DNA from: Octopus vulgaris
Lineage: Eukaryota
Direction of reading: 5' to 3'
DNA: 64,000 nucleotides
NCBI GenBank assembly: GCA_951406725.2
Contig: OX597836.1
Coordinates: 46,066,001 to 46,130,000, forward strand
The notes beneath the pieces are model-generated. The model was not told where the DNA came from. It searched no databases and saw only the letters and a list, made by a program, of their open reading frames with translations. Positions 40,454 to 53,049 of this stretch are shown one piece after another. The position numbers were made by a program, and so were the translations under genes. Positions within the stretch are counted from its first letter, which is position 1; every line of letters starts with the position of its first letter.

Positions 40454-40490
40454 TATGACACATTCGACTTCTGCAGAATTTGGACTCAGA

Positions 40491-40521
<31 letters not shown>

Positions 40522-40626
40522 CTTCTTCTTCTTCTTCTTCTTCTTCTTCTTCTTCACAGATGTAATAATAATAATAATAATAATGATAATAATAATAATA
40601 TTATTAATAATAATAATAACAATAAT

Positions 40627-41255
40627 GATTTCTTTATTAACCGCAAAGATTTACATTAAGAAAAACTTTATGGACAGTACAGGACAAAACAAAGAATGTG
40701 TGTGAGCGTGTGTTGTGAGGGTTTTGCATGTAAACAAGACTAACAAAATTAGAAAAAATCAACAATGTGTGATCCTCAATAGGAAGGCGAAGTTCGACGA
40801 CTGCTCATGGAAAAACCCATAAAAAAACCCATAGGTACCCTGACTTTTGGGGCAGGTTCCTTTTTTTCTTTTCTATTTACGACTACAGGCGTTTTAGGCC
40901 AGGTCTGTTCACTCGCGCCATTCTCTCCACTTTTATCCACCTTTCAGCAAACTGAGACCAGAAGACAACACTTCTCTCTCTTCCCTTATTTTCCTTTTCA
41001 AGTGAAACTTGAAGAAGTTGATCAGGAATTGGCCAAACAGAAAAGTGTTTGTCTTCAGCCCCTTCAATCTCGTCCACCATACAACCTTTTTCGCCATGGC
41101 CACCTGGCATATAAAATAGCTTTTTCTTCCCGGTTAAAGGAAAGAGGCGGGACGATCTTCACGATGGATTCAGTTGACAGCTGGATCCGTCCCACACTGA
41201 CGGGTTCATGCAGGACCGTCTCGTCGTCTTGTACGCATGTCGGACATGTTCGACA
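40627..41255 (-). mobile_element. Tx1/L1-clade LINE 3' end
   Basis: CPTCVQDDETVLH zinc-knuckle remnant, ESIVKIVPP, FFKFHLKRK; tail aataaagaaat running into (TAT)n; homologous to 44634-45198. Confidence 0.6.
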
Positions 41256-41500
41256 GAGCGTGGGCTGCGGGGTCACTCCGAAAAGCTCTCTCTACGACGA
41301 TTTCCTCTCAATCGAAGGCGAGGGGATTTCTCCGTCCGGGTTGCGGATCCGTGGAATAAGCTGCCGGACGAGATAGTGAAGATGCCGACGACCGCTCGGT
41401 TCAAAGTCTCTCTTGACTAGAAATGGCCTGAACTCTTTGTATGACCACCCTCCCAGTCCCCCTACATGGCCTTGCTTTTGCTTTTTGAGCCAATAAAAAC
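41250..41500 (+). mobile_element. CR1-clade LINE 3' end
   Basis: RGHSEKL...RRRGDFSVRVADPWNKLPDEIVKMPTTARFKVSLD, typical CR1 ORF2 C-terminus. Confidence 0.75.
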
Positions 41501-41696
41501 TGTTCGGCTGACAGTACTTCCGTGCCTGTAAAGTTTATCTTGAACAGGCAAAGCTCCCCGATATCACTGCTAGGCCAGAGACTTTTTGGAAAGTATCCGT
41601 CGGTCCCGACCCGAAAGTTCTCCAGAAAAGAGCGACTAGTTGATCTTCGATACCCAAGGTCTCCCCAAGAACGCCGTCGCATTTTTCCTCCACTAA

Positions 41697-41719
41697 TCTC
41701 TCTCTATATAAACGGCAAA

Positions 41720-41765
<46 letters not shown>

Positions 41766-42091
41766 CCTTTATACAAATCCACAATTTTTCTGTTAGAGGG
41801 CTCGCACTTTCTATGGTCATTCAAAACCGTCCAAGGGTGGTCGTGCACATTTTTACATTTCCCCAGTCACCCCGCAAAGCCATTTAAAAAAATCAATAGA
41901 AGTGACTTTTTTGTGAATTTTCTATCCAAAACCCAATCAAAATGCCTGAAAATGATACACCAATTGAATGCCAGCTAGCTGTACGTGATTGGTCGGAGAT
42001 TAGGACAGTACTCGCGTGTATGTGCGCATGCATGCAGCTGTATATGCATGCACTAGCACTATGACCCAGCGTTGCCGGGTCACAGTGCTAG
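41697..42091 (+). mobile_element. Non-autonomous Helitron
   Basis: A|TC 5' end, 3' hairpin gacccagcgttgccgggtc then CTAG|T. Confidence 0.75.
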
Positions 42092-42889
42092 TCCTCTATA
42101 AAATACTAAAGTGAACGTTCCACCTCTCGCACAGTTTGATTGGCTGAGAACTGCGAGTGCTTGAAGACATTCCATTTTCCAAATGCTCCCCCTTGGTCTC
42201 TGTTTTACCCAGGACTGCAGCTCCGTGAAAGAAACTAGCTGCGGAAATACGTACCTGGCGAACGGTGACCACACCTGTTCACTGTCAAGGAAGCACTGGA
42301 GTTATCGTAGCCTCAGCGCATGTCTGTACATCATCAACCACGGCATGCCCAGGTCACCACGCAGCGAATGCTGACAGTAGATAGACCGCCTGACCATCGG
42401 GACGCGTCCCTTCCCCCAAGCGTAATTAGACGGTGAATTATCCAAACCGCCAAGAATTCCTTTCAACACACGGCTATGGTGCTCTCCCCACTACTTCTGC
42501 TCTTGATAACACTTCAATTCAGTTAAGATCAGCAGTCATGAGAGCCAGTCTGGTACTGCATCAGGGTATAGCATTATTATTCTGGCAGAAACGTTAGCAA
42601 GCCGGGCTAAATGCTTTCTGTTATTTCGTCCGCTGCTGCGTTCTGAGTTTAAATTCCGCCGAGGTCGACTTTGCCTTTCATCCTTTCGGATGAATCCCTT
42701 TGTCTGTCCTTGTTTGTCCCCTCTATGTTATAGCCCCCTGTGGGCAATAAAAAAAAAATTATTATTATTATTATTATTGTTGTTGTTGTTGTTGTTTTGT
42801 CTTGGTATAATAGATGGGCTACAGCAAATATTCTGCTCAATACCACAGATTTTCTTGTCAGTTGTTTGACCTTAACCAGTTGAGCATAC

Positions 42890-44241
42890 TGATTTTTGTA
42901 GGTGTTTTACCTTCACACTTGTAACAATATTTTTTTTAAACCATGTTGGCAGTTGAATGCTAATACTTCCAAGTACACCAATTACTATTGGTGTCACGTC
43001 TACTCTCTTCAATGACCACAACCTTCGTATTTTCCACTTCAAATCGTCGTAGTTTTTATTTTCCTTTCACATTGATCCCGGGGCATGCTATGTCGATAAT
43101 CATACATGTTCTTTCTTTTTTATTTACCACAACAATATCCAGTTTCTGATGTCTGGTCAGGTGATCGCGCTGGATCATTGCAGCCCACAGGATTTTGCAA
43201 TTCTCATTTTCGGTGACTCCTTCTGGGGTTTGTTCATACCACGTCTTTGATCTTTGTAGTCCGTGTTTCCCACAGAGTTCCCAATGGATCATTCTTGCCA
43301 CATTGTCATGGCGTCGTTTGTATTCGCGTTGTTCCAATTTGGAGCATTCCCTAACGATGTGCCATACCATTTCACACCCCTCACCACACGTTATGCATTT
43401 GTGGCTATCGGTAGTGTTGTCTATTCTGCACTTCATATAATTGGTCCTTAACGCTTATTCTTGAGCTGCGCATATAAGTGCTTCTGTCTCTATCTTCAGG
43501 TCACTCCTCCTCATCCATAGCCACCGGTCCTCTGTATCTGTCTTGGCGTTCACATCTCTTGCAAACTAACCGTGCATTTTTCCCTTCCATGCTTTTTCTT
43601 TTCTTTTTTTTTTGCTCATTTTTTGTTTAAATTTTTCTTTACACAACTTCCAATTTTGATGATGCCTACCTTCGTGTGTTTTCGTGGTTCCACGGCATTT
43701 TTTATATGCCACCCTAGGCTGTTCTCCTCTGCTTCGATACAGACCTGGCAACTGATCAAACCTCTCTCACCCTTCCTTCTCGGCAAGTGCAGCCTATCGG
43801 TGTCACTCTTAGAGTGGAAGCCTCCGTGTACTGTCAACATTTTTCTGGTCTTGGTATCCATTTTCTTCATTTCTCTCTTTTGCCATTTTATAATTCCCGC
43901 TCCATACCGAAATGATGCTATCGCCCACGTATTAACTGCTTGAATTTTATTCCATCCAATCAATTTCTTTGCCATACAGTTTCAAATCATCCATGAAGAG
44001 CAGGCAGTTGATTGCGATTTTTTCCTTTAGTTGGTACCGCAGGTTCCTTTTCCTGAATACCAAGGTCAGGGGTATCATGCAGAGAACGAAAAGTAACGGA
44101 GATAGGGTGTCACCCTGGAAAATACCTCTTCTGATACCCAAGCTTTTCCCTTAAGATGTCAGTTCAGTTTTCCTTCCTTTCATACTTATCTTCAGGAAAC
44201 ACGTTACATTCCTCGCAATCCCAAACAGATCTAAGCACTCG
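42890..44241 (-). mobile_element. R4/Dong-clade LINE fragment (RT, CCHC, restriction-like endonuclease), decayed
   Basis: GIFQGDTLSPLLF, LFMDDLKLY, CITCGEGCEMVWHIVREC, YKRRHDNVA, KLDIVVVNKKERTCMIIDIACP; abuts (TAA)n. Confidence 0.9.
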
Positions 44242-44300
<59 letters not shown>

Positions 44301-44331
44301 CATTATCATCATCATCATCATCATCATCACC

Positions 44332-44365
<34 letters not shown>

Positions 44366-44389
44366 TCATCATCATTATTCAACCTGTAG

Positions 44390-45195
44390 GTCGAAGAGGT
44401 CGAGGAGAATAGAGGCCTGTGGTGCCATTTGCGGTCGGAGTGACTAGGATGCGTGGGGTTCTTTGGTCGGCCCTGGGTGGAACTCTTCTACCACTTTTGG
44501 GGAATTTCATTGTTTCAATTATGTTATTAATTGTTTTTGTTTTTATTGTATACATGTATTTTTGTGCTTAGCCCCACTTTTCCCTTATTTCGTGCTCGGT
44601 CCTTGTGGGCAATATAGAAAGGATTATTATTATGGCTGAGTCCATAGTGGTGATTGCTCCGCCGCCACCTTTAATCGGGCAGGGAAAGCAATTTTCTTTT
44701 ACCTGGTGGCTGTGACGGAAGTGATTGTCTGGTGGACGTGATTGGAAAGCATGAGGACCGAGACATTCCTCTTTGGTTGAGCCCTCATCCGTGTTTTTCA
44801 AGTTTCACTTGAAAAGGAGAGCGAGGGTGGAGAAGGGGTGCTGTTCTCGAATGAAGTTACTGAAGGATGGATGAATGTTGCGAAAATGGCACGAGAGGAT
44901 GGTACTGATGTAACTGTAGACTTGTGAGTCGGAGAAAAAAATTGAAGAGGGCACTTGCCCTTGGTGTTCAGAGAGATCTTGGACGGTGGGGGTTCCTTGA
45001 TTATCCCTAGATGTCCTCCATTCTTTTCTTTTTCTTTTAATGTTAAATGTTATGTGCACTTCCCTTCTTTGCTTTATTGTATACCATGTATACTTACATT
45101 TTTTTATCATTTCATTATATGTTAAACTCCCACATTTTATATCTGTTTTTGTATTATTGTCCCCGTCATCCTTCGCCCTGGTAGCAAATAAAGGA

Positions 45196-45198
<3 letters not shown>
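44390..45198 (+). mobile_element. Two tandem Tx1-like 3'-end fragments ending in (TAT)n
   Basis: 44634-44900 aligns by eye to the minus strand of 40900-41170 (shared ttcaagtttcacttgaaaagga). Confidence 0.6.
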
Positions 45199-45282
<84 letters not shown>

Positions 45283-45308
45283 CATTATTATTATTATTAT
45301 TATTGTTA

Positions 45309-45345
<37 letters not shown>

Positions 45346-45407
45346 CATTATAATAATAATAATAATTATTATTATTATTATCATCATCATCATTATTATT
45401 ATTATTA

Positions 45408-45483
<76 letters not shown>

Positions 45484-45485
45484 CA

Positions 45486-45535
<50 letters not shown>

Positions 45536-45539
45536 GTTA

Positions 45540-45576
<37 letters not shown>

Positions 45577-45652
45577 CATTATAATAATAATAATTATTAT
45601 TATTATTATTATCATCATCATTATTATTATTATTATTATCATTATTATTATT

Positions 45653-45683
<31 letters not shown>

Positions 45684-45759
45684 TATTACTATTATTATTA
45701 TTATTATCATCATTATTATTATTATCATTATTATTATTATTATTATCATTATTATTATT

Positions 45760-45829
<70 letters not shown>

Positions 45830-45882
45830 CATTATTATTATTATTATTATTATTATCATTATTATTATTATTATTATTGTTA

Positions 45883-45922
<40 letters not shown>

Positions 45923-45984
45923 CATTATAATAATAATAATAATTATTATTATTATTATCATCATCATTATTATTATTATTATTA

Positions 45985-46057
<73 letters not shown>

Positions 46058-46059
46058 CA

Positions 46060-46115
<56 letters not shown>

Positions 46116-46119
46116 GTTA

Positions 46120-46153
<34 letters not shown>

Positions 46154-46292
46154 CATTATAATAATAATAATAATTATTATTATTATTATCATCATCATCA
46201 TTATTATTATTATTATCATTATTATTATTATTATCATTATTATTATTATTATTATATTATTACTATTATTATTATCATTATTATTATTATTA

Positions 46293-46360
<68 letters not shown>
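45198..46360. repeat. Compound (TAT)n microsatellite of about 1.16 kb with higher-order repetition
   Basis: tat/cat/tgt/aat variant blocks recur in the same order four times. Confidence 0.9.
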
Positions 46361-47509
46361 GAGTGAGAGAGAGCAGTGCATGCCATCAAAGTGATACTGG
46401 GGTAAAATATACGAAGCCCAGTATATCCATCATGACTACCCGTCTGATAAGGGTACACCAGGCACTTGCATCACAACCATATGTGCACGACATGGTGATT
46501 TCATATCAAGATAAACAGTGCATGACCTTGCAGGCGAGGGACAGTTAGAATTTTCTTCAGGTTGAGTAGCCCATCCCGCTCAAAAGGTCCCTGAACAAGG
46601 ATTGTTTAAGAATGTTGAATGAAACACCCATGTTTCCAGAGGTGAATTATTCAAACCCCAAAGAATCCTTCTCACCACACGGCTATGATGCTCCCCCACT
46701 ACTTCTGCTCGTGATCAGAGATGCACATATCGTCAGGCACTAAGAGACATGCTCAAATGGTTAAGGTCAAACAACTGACAAGCAAATCTGTGGTATTGAG
46801 CAGAATATTTGCTGTAGCCCATCTTTTATACTAAGACAAGACAATGTACATGATAGCACTTCCAATCAGTTAAGATCAGAAGCCATGAGAGCCACTACTT
46901 GGTACTGCATCAGGGCATTTATTATTATTATAATTATTATTATTATTATTATTACTATTATTTCTTAGTTCCGGTGGTACTCAGCAATACCGCGTTGAGC
47001 ATATTCAAAATAAACGGCTGCCCAATGTTTCTCACGACTCCTCGTACAACAGACGATGTTAGACACGTCTTTAAGATTCCACCGACAACACCGTCCATCC
47101 ATGTTATTAGAGAAAATATTAAACACTCGAGTCATTATTAATATTTCGCGGATAGATTTCAGATAAAACACAGCCATCGAAGTAATTATTATTTTAATGC
47201 ATCTCTGTAAACAATATACGTTGATGCGAAAACGCGTACACACACACACATCTATGCAAATATACACATAATCTATACACACCAGTACACACACAGATAT
47301 CTATTCATACATCTATATCCTGTTACTTTATCTTCTCTTTCCCCCCTCACCTTCTGTTTGTGCACACACACACACACATGTGTATGTGTGTGTATATATA
47401 TATATGTATGTGTATACATATATATATATGTATGCATTTATGTATGTCTATATTTATATATATGTATGTGTTAGTATAAGTACATATTTATATACATACA
47501 TATACATAC

Positions 47510-47677
<168 letters not shown>

Positions 47678-48261
47678 TTATTTATATATATATATATATA
47701 TATGTGTACATAAATGAATGATAACACACACACACACCCAGCCTCACATCTACTCAAATACAAGCACATCCAGTCGGGTATCTCATATAGATATAGTCAG
47801 GGTATTAGGGGTAGATAGTCATTACCACAAAAAGTGTTTCTGTTGTGTTTTTTCTGTTAATAATTATTTTTAATGTCTTTTGTTTTTGTCTGTTCGTCTT
47901 TCTATTTACAACTTTTTTTTGTCCATTGCAATGTAATTTTTCTCTAATTATCTCTGTTCTGGTCTATTTCTATCCGTTTTTGAATATTTACGTCTGTTTT
48001 TTCTCTAGTTATGTCTCAGTTTTTTCTATGTATCTATGTGTTTGTTTTTGTGCCTATTTTTGTATTTTTTGTCTAATCACATGTATTTTCAGTTCTTTAT
48101 CATCTTTTCTGTTCATTTTTCTTTGATCTTCTTGATTTTCTATTTATTTATCTATTTTGGAAAACGGAGATATTTCGTCATCTTTTATCTTCAAAGAAAT
48201 TTTAATCAGGATTCAGATTCACGTGCTGATCTATTATGACCCCATCAGTAGCAATTTAAGC

Positions 48262-48659
48262 CAATGGTTCTCAACCAGGATCCATGCGGCCCCTGAGCGT
48301 CCATATAAGTGTTTTGGGGGTTCACACAAGCAAAATAGAAAACTGGGGATGCACCGAAGTATTTTAAGGGTCCATGAAAAATTTCCGTTTTAGATGTATT
48401 TATTGTAAGAAACAGTTCGGTTTCTTTCTCTAATGGTTTACATTGTTCAAACTACGCAAGTGAGGCTGTAAAAAGCAAAATAAGAATTTTGAAAGACTCG
48501 TGGATGTGTGACAAAAGATTTCGACACAATTCTGGAAGAAGTTTCTATAAGACTAGTGTTTAAACATCGAATGGCTATGACGGTTCACCGGAATAAAAAT
48601 AGATTTCAAAGCAGTCCACTAGTTAAAAAAAACAAAACAGAATTGGTTAAGAGCTTCTG
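48262..48659. mobile_element. Old hAT-type MITE just downstream of the Tctex1-domain stop codon
   Basis: caatggttctcaacc ... ggttaagagcttctg; imperfect 8-bp TSD atttaagc / gtttaaac. Confidence 0.55.
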
Positions 48660-48725
48660 GTTTAAACCGATAAAAGCTCAGCCCGTTTCTCCTACACGTC
48701 AGACTTTGTTCTAGATGTCATCCAA

Positions 48726-49133
48726 TCATTCTGTGTACATCACATAAACTGTGACAATGGCGTAAACAGAGGAATTCTCATATTTTTCCTCGTGGAATTG
48801 ATCAAACCGAGGGTCCCACAAACAACGACTACCGACGTTCAAATCACACCCTTCGCGACAACCGAGGACCACAAATGTGACAAGTTTGTATCGTTTGGGA
48901 ACGATTATTTTTATCCGTTCATTGATCTGTTCGGCCAATGCTTTAGTCATGTGACTACTGTCAGCAGTCTCGTAATTCGAACCTGCTAACTTCTCTTCCA
49001 GGATTTCACGTATGATTCTCTGTACCTCTGACGTCTTAAGAGCCGGTGTTTTGTCTGGCCCCATTCTGTAAGTATTTTCATAAACTGTTGCTTCAGAGGG
49101 ACGATCGCTGACGGACCTTGCCGCTGTTGTCAT
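48726..49133 (-). CDS. Tctex1-domain dynein light chain (TCTEX1D1/DYNLT5-like), 135 aa from first ATG
   Basis: YENTYRMGP, L....Y, RYKLVTFVVLG, SRCLWDPRFD, YENSSVYAIVTVYVMYTE*; uninterrupted; splice acceptor ttgcag at 49179-49184, so an in-frame N-terminal extension from an upstream exon is possible. Confidence 0.9.
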   Translation of the reverse strand: MTTAARSVSDRPSEATVYENTYRMGPDKTPALKTSEVQRIIREILEEKLAGSNYETADSSHMTKALAEQINERIKIIVPKRYKLVTFVVLGCREGCDLNVGSRCLWDPRFDQFHEEKYENSSVYAIVTVYVMYTE

Positions 49134-49227
49134 CACGATTTCTTTTTTTTTCTCTCTCTTCTTTAAGTGAAACGGAGACTGCAAGATCAATGAGGCTTGA
49201 AGAGAAAATAAAAAGAAATTATAGTAT

Positions 49228-49315
<88 letters not shown>

Positions 49316-49465
49316 AACACACACACACATATATAGATAGATAGATAAACTTCCTTGGAAATGAATGCGTAATTATATATATTATTTATATTATATTATA
49401 TATATGTATGTATGTATATATGTGTATATGTGTGTTACAATTTAGAACAAACAGTGAAAAGTTCT

Positions 49466-49533
49466 CATTATAGTACTCGGAGTTTCGAATGTCGGTGCGA
49501 AGAGCTACGATGCATTCTCGTCGGCTATTAATG
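49466..49533 (-). ncRNA. Type I hammerhead motif (core CCGACGA)
   Basis: cattaatag-CCGACGA-gaatg...cattc-GAAA-ctccgag-TA^-ctataatg. Confidence 0.75.
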
Positions 49534-49950
49534 GCAACAGATACTATGAAAAGCCGTTGAATAAAAAGGAAGTTACTCTAATAGGTAGAAAAAGAAAAAA
49601 AAGAAAAAAGAAAAAAATACACGCAACCATATTCTCACAATACATAGGCATAAACCTCCTGCGTTCATAACGTCTACATAGTACACACTCGCACAAACAT
49701 GTATTCGTAGTGGCACATACACACAAACATATATGTGTATGTACGTACTCATACATACACATATATCCACTCACACACACACACATGTATATATACATAT
49801 ATGTATATGTGTACGCATCCTCATCCTCATATACACATAGGTGTTTACATGCATACACGTAACATAATACATATATATTTAGACATCTATACGTATATAT
49901 ATACAAACATACATTCACACTCCCGCATACACGCATATATATATACATAC

Positions 49951-49983
<33 letters not shown>

Positions 49984-50194
49984 CTCTTTTACTCTTTTAC
50001 TTGTTTCAGTCATTTGACTGCCGCCATGCTGGAGCACCGCCTTTAGTCGAGCAAATCGACCCCGGGACTTATTCTTTGTAAGCCTAGTACTTATTCTATC
50101 GGCCTCTTTTGCCGAACCGCTAAGTGACGGGGACGTAAACACACCAGCATCGGTTGTCAAGCAATGCTAGGGGGACAAACACATACACACATAC

Positions 50195-50255
<61 letters not shown>

Positions 50256-50397
50256 TACGACAGGCTTCTTTCAGTTTCCGTCTACCAAATCCACTCACAA
50301 GGCATGGTCGGCCCGGGGGTATAGCAGAAGACACTTGCCCAAGGTGCCACGCAGTGGGACTGAACCCGGAACCATGTGGTTGGTTAGCAAGCTATGT

Positions 50398-50911
50398 AAC
50401 ATCACTTGCCGATTTTATCTAGAGGCTTAAGGAAACAACGACCTTACACAGTCCACACTTCGACATGCGAGTCTCTACAGCACTATATCCCGCAAATGCC
50501 AGTTATGCTCCGAAGGAGCGCATTATGAATAAATTCACTGAACAATTACCCAGATGCCTACACGCAGCTAAACACACATTCACATATTACAATCCGGACC
50601 ATACATAACTTGATATATACATGGCGCCTACAACTCTTAATACACATAAACTTGATGAACCATATTTGAATATATATATTCCTGGCCGAAATCAGACCGC
50701 CATGTTAAATCGTTAGCTCCTGCACGCATTTTTTTTCTCTCCGTGTTTTGTTTCTCTCCTTGTTTCTTTTCGGTGTATCTTTCTGTTGAAGAGCGTAGGC
50801 TCGAAACGTAAAAGACTTGTTTTATTTCTATTCCTGAGCACCATACTAATACATTGTTTGTTTGTACTCCACCTGCCTTCGTCTTTTGTATATTTTCGTA
50901 AGCTTCCCGTT
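50398..50911 (+). mobile_element. Penelope-like (Naiad-type) 3' end with HHR tail
   Basis: TSLADFI*RLKE, YSTISRKCQLC, MNKFTEQLPRCLH GIY-YIG C-terminus; HHR at 50778-50815; ends in (TA)n. Confidence 0.65.
50778..50815 (+). ncRNA. Ultra-minimal hammerhead-like motif (core CUGUUGA)
   Basis: tcttt-CTGTTGA-A-gagc[gtag]gctc-GAAA-cg-TA-aaaga; 5-bp stem I. Confidence 0.6.
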
Positions 50912-51004
50912 ATATATATATATATATGCATGTATGTATGTATGTATGTATGTATGTATGTATGTATGTATGTATGTATGTATGTATGTATGTATGTATG
51001 TATG

Positions 51005-51051
<47 letters not shown>

Positions 51052-52145
51052 GTATATGTATGCATATATATATGTATATGTGTGTGTATATGCATATATG
51101 TGTACATGTATGTGTGTATATATGTATATATATATATATGGGTGTGTGTGTTTGTGTGTGTGTATATGTGTGTGTCTGTGTATGTGTATGTATATGCGTG
51201 TATATATTTACTTATATGTATATGCAAGTGTACTAACACGTGTCTGTGTGTCAAACCTTGCACATTCATATCTATGCCATGTACGTATATTTATGCACGT
51301 GTCTACCTGCATATATGGGTTCCTATGCATATGTATGTATTCGTCCATACGTGTGCGTATGCGCGTGCATCTAGTTGTATGTATATACCCATAAATTTGG
51401 ATATGCGTGTGTGAGCGTGTATATATATATATATATATATATATGTGGAGGCTCAATGGCCCAGTGGTTAGGGCAGCGGACTCGCGGTCGTAGGATCGCG
51501 GTTTCGATTCCCAGACCGGGCGTTGTGAGTGTTTATTGAGCGAAAACACCTAAAAAAGCTCCACGAGGCTCCGGCAGGGGATGGTGGTGATCCCTGCTTC
51601 ACTCTTTCACCACAACTTTCTCTCACTCTTACTTCCTGTTTCTGTTGTACCTGTATTTCAAAGGGCCGGCCTTGTCACTCTCTGTGTCACGCTGAATATC
51701 CCCGAGAACTACGTTAAGGGTACACGTGTCTGTGGAGTGCTCAGCCACTTACACGTTAATTTCACGAGCAGGCTGTTCCGTTGATTCGGATCAACCGGAA
51801 CCCTCGTTGTCGTAACCGACGGAGTGCTTCCATCCATCCATATATATATATATATATGTGCGTGTATATATGCATCTGTGTGTGTATATGTGCGTCTAAG
51901 CACGAACGCAAAAATTTTTCGTCTAAGTATTATCTTCCTTTCAACTTCTACATCCGTATCTTTCTCTTAACAGTTACAACAGCGAAGGCTCATTACATCA
52001 TTTTCGCTAAACTAGAATATATAATTTTCACGTTCATATTGGAATATTTTGCGTTTCAATTTTTCTCTGTTTTTTTTTTTACTTATTCTTGAAGTTGATG
52101 AATATATAACGGTACGTAAAACCAAATCAGAAAAAACTTTTTATT

Positions 52146-52189
52146 GATGTACCCGAAGAGACCCAGAACGGGTCGAAACGTGTCGTATC
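52146..52189 (+). ncRNA. Minimal type I hammerhead motif (core CCGAAGA)
   Basis: gtac-CCGAAGA-gaccc[agaac]gggtc-GAAA-cgtg-TC^-gtat. Confidence 0.7.
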
Positions 52190-52346
52190 TAATAAATTTT
52201 TTTCTCCTTCCTTCTACTTTATTAATACTGTTACCCCATGCCACTACGAAGCTCCTGCATTAAATCTACGGATAACAACAGGTAATCAAAACTGTGCTGG
52301 TGCTTTAATCTATTCATACATTTTGCATAATTTCTCCATATACATA

Positions 52347-52724
52347 CTAGCAGTATCGCCCGGCGTTGCTCGGGTTTGTAAGGGAAATAACTATATAAGC
52401 ATTTTTAGAGATGTAAAGTATAATAGCCATCTCAATATGGCTAACTACAAAGGGGTGTTACTGTAGCTTTTTACGTTCTGAGATTTAATAATACATTTTT
52501 AGAGAGTTACTTCCCTTATATATGCCAAAAATGCATTAAAAATGGGAAAAAATGATGGTAAATTTTTTTTTTAAATCGTAGACTCATCGTAGACGTGCGC
52601 TAATACCCAGAAGAGCTCGATATGAATCATGACTATAAGATACCCGGTTTTGGTTAAACTGCACCGCAAAATGTGGGAGTAGTTAGGAATCTAAATCGTA
52701 GGAAACAGACACCACACAACCTCA

Positions 52725-52730
<6 letters not shown>
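52347..52730 (-). mobile_element. Non-autonomous Helitron-type element
   Basis: Minus 3' end cccgagcaacgccggg hairpin followed by CTAG|T. Confidence 0.6.
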
Positions 52731-52765
<35 letters not shown>

Positions 52766-53049
52766 CCTCCTATCACACACCTACACCCGTCCATACACAA
52801 ACATATCCTTCTCCTATAAATGAAGGGAACGTGTGTATGAAAGTCGAACATATGCACCAGACAGTCTTACACTCATATACACACATACACACACACACAT
52901 ATATACACACACGAGCACACAAATGCATATAAAATATATATATACACATATGCATATACTCATACACGTACACATTCACTCGATTAAAAAAGAAAAAGGA
53001 AAAATGAAAATTTATATATAAAAATAAAAAAACAAAAGAACTTTTCCAG

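Noticed and set aside
46969-47141. Possible terminal exon after tttcttag
   Set aside because: No recognisable protein similarity and no partner exons found
50650-50692. SECIS candidate (ATGA...GA) between a Naiad-type ORF end and its HHR; similar one near 52097-52148
   Set aside because: Helix II pairs poorly and no in-frame UGA was seen at Cys positions; would need SECISearch on a family consensus
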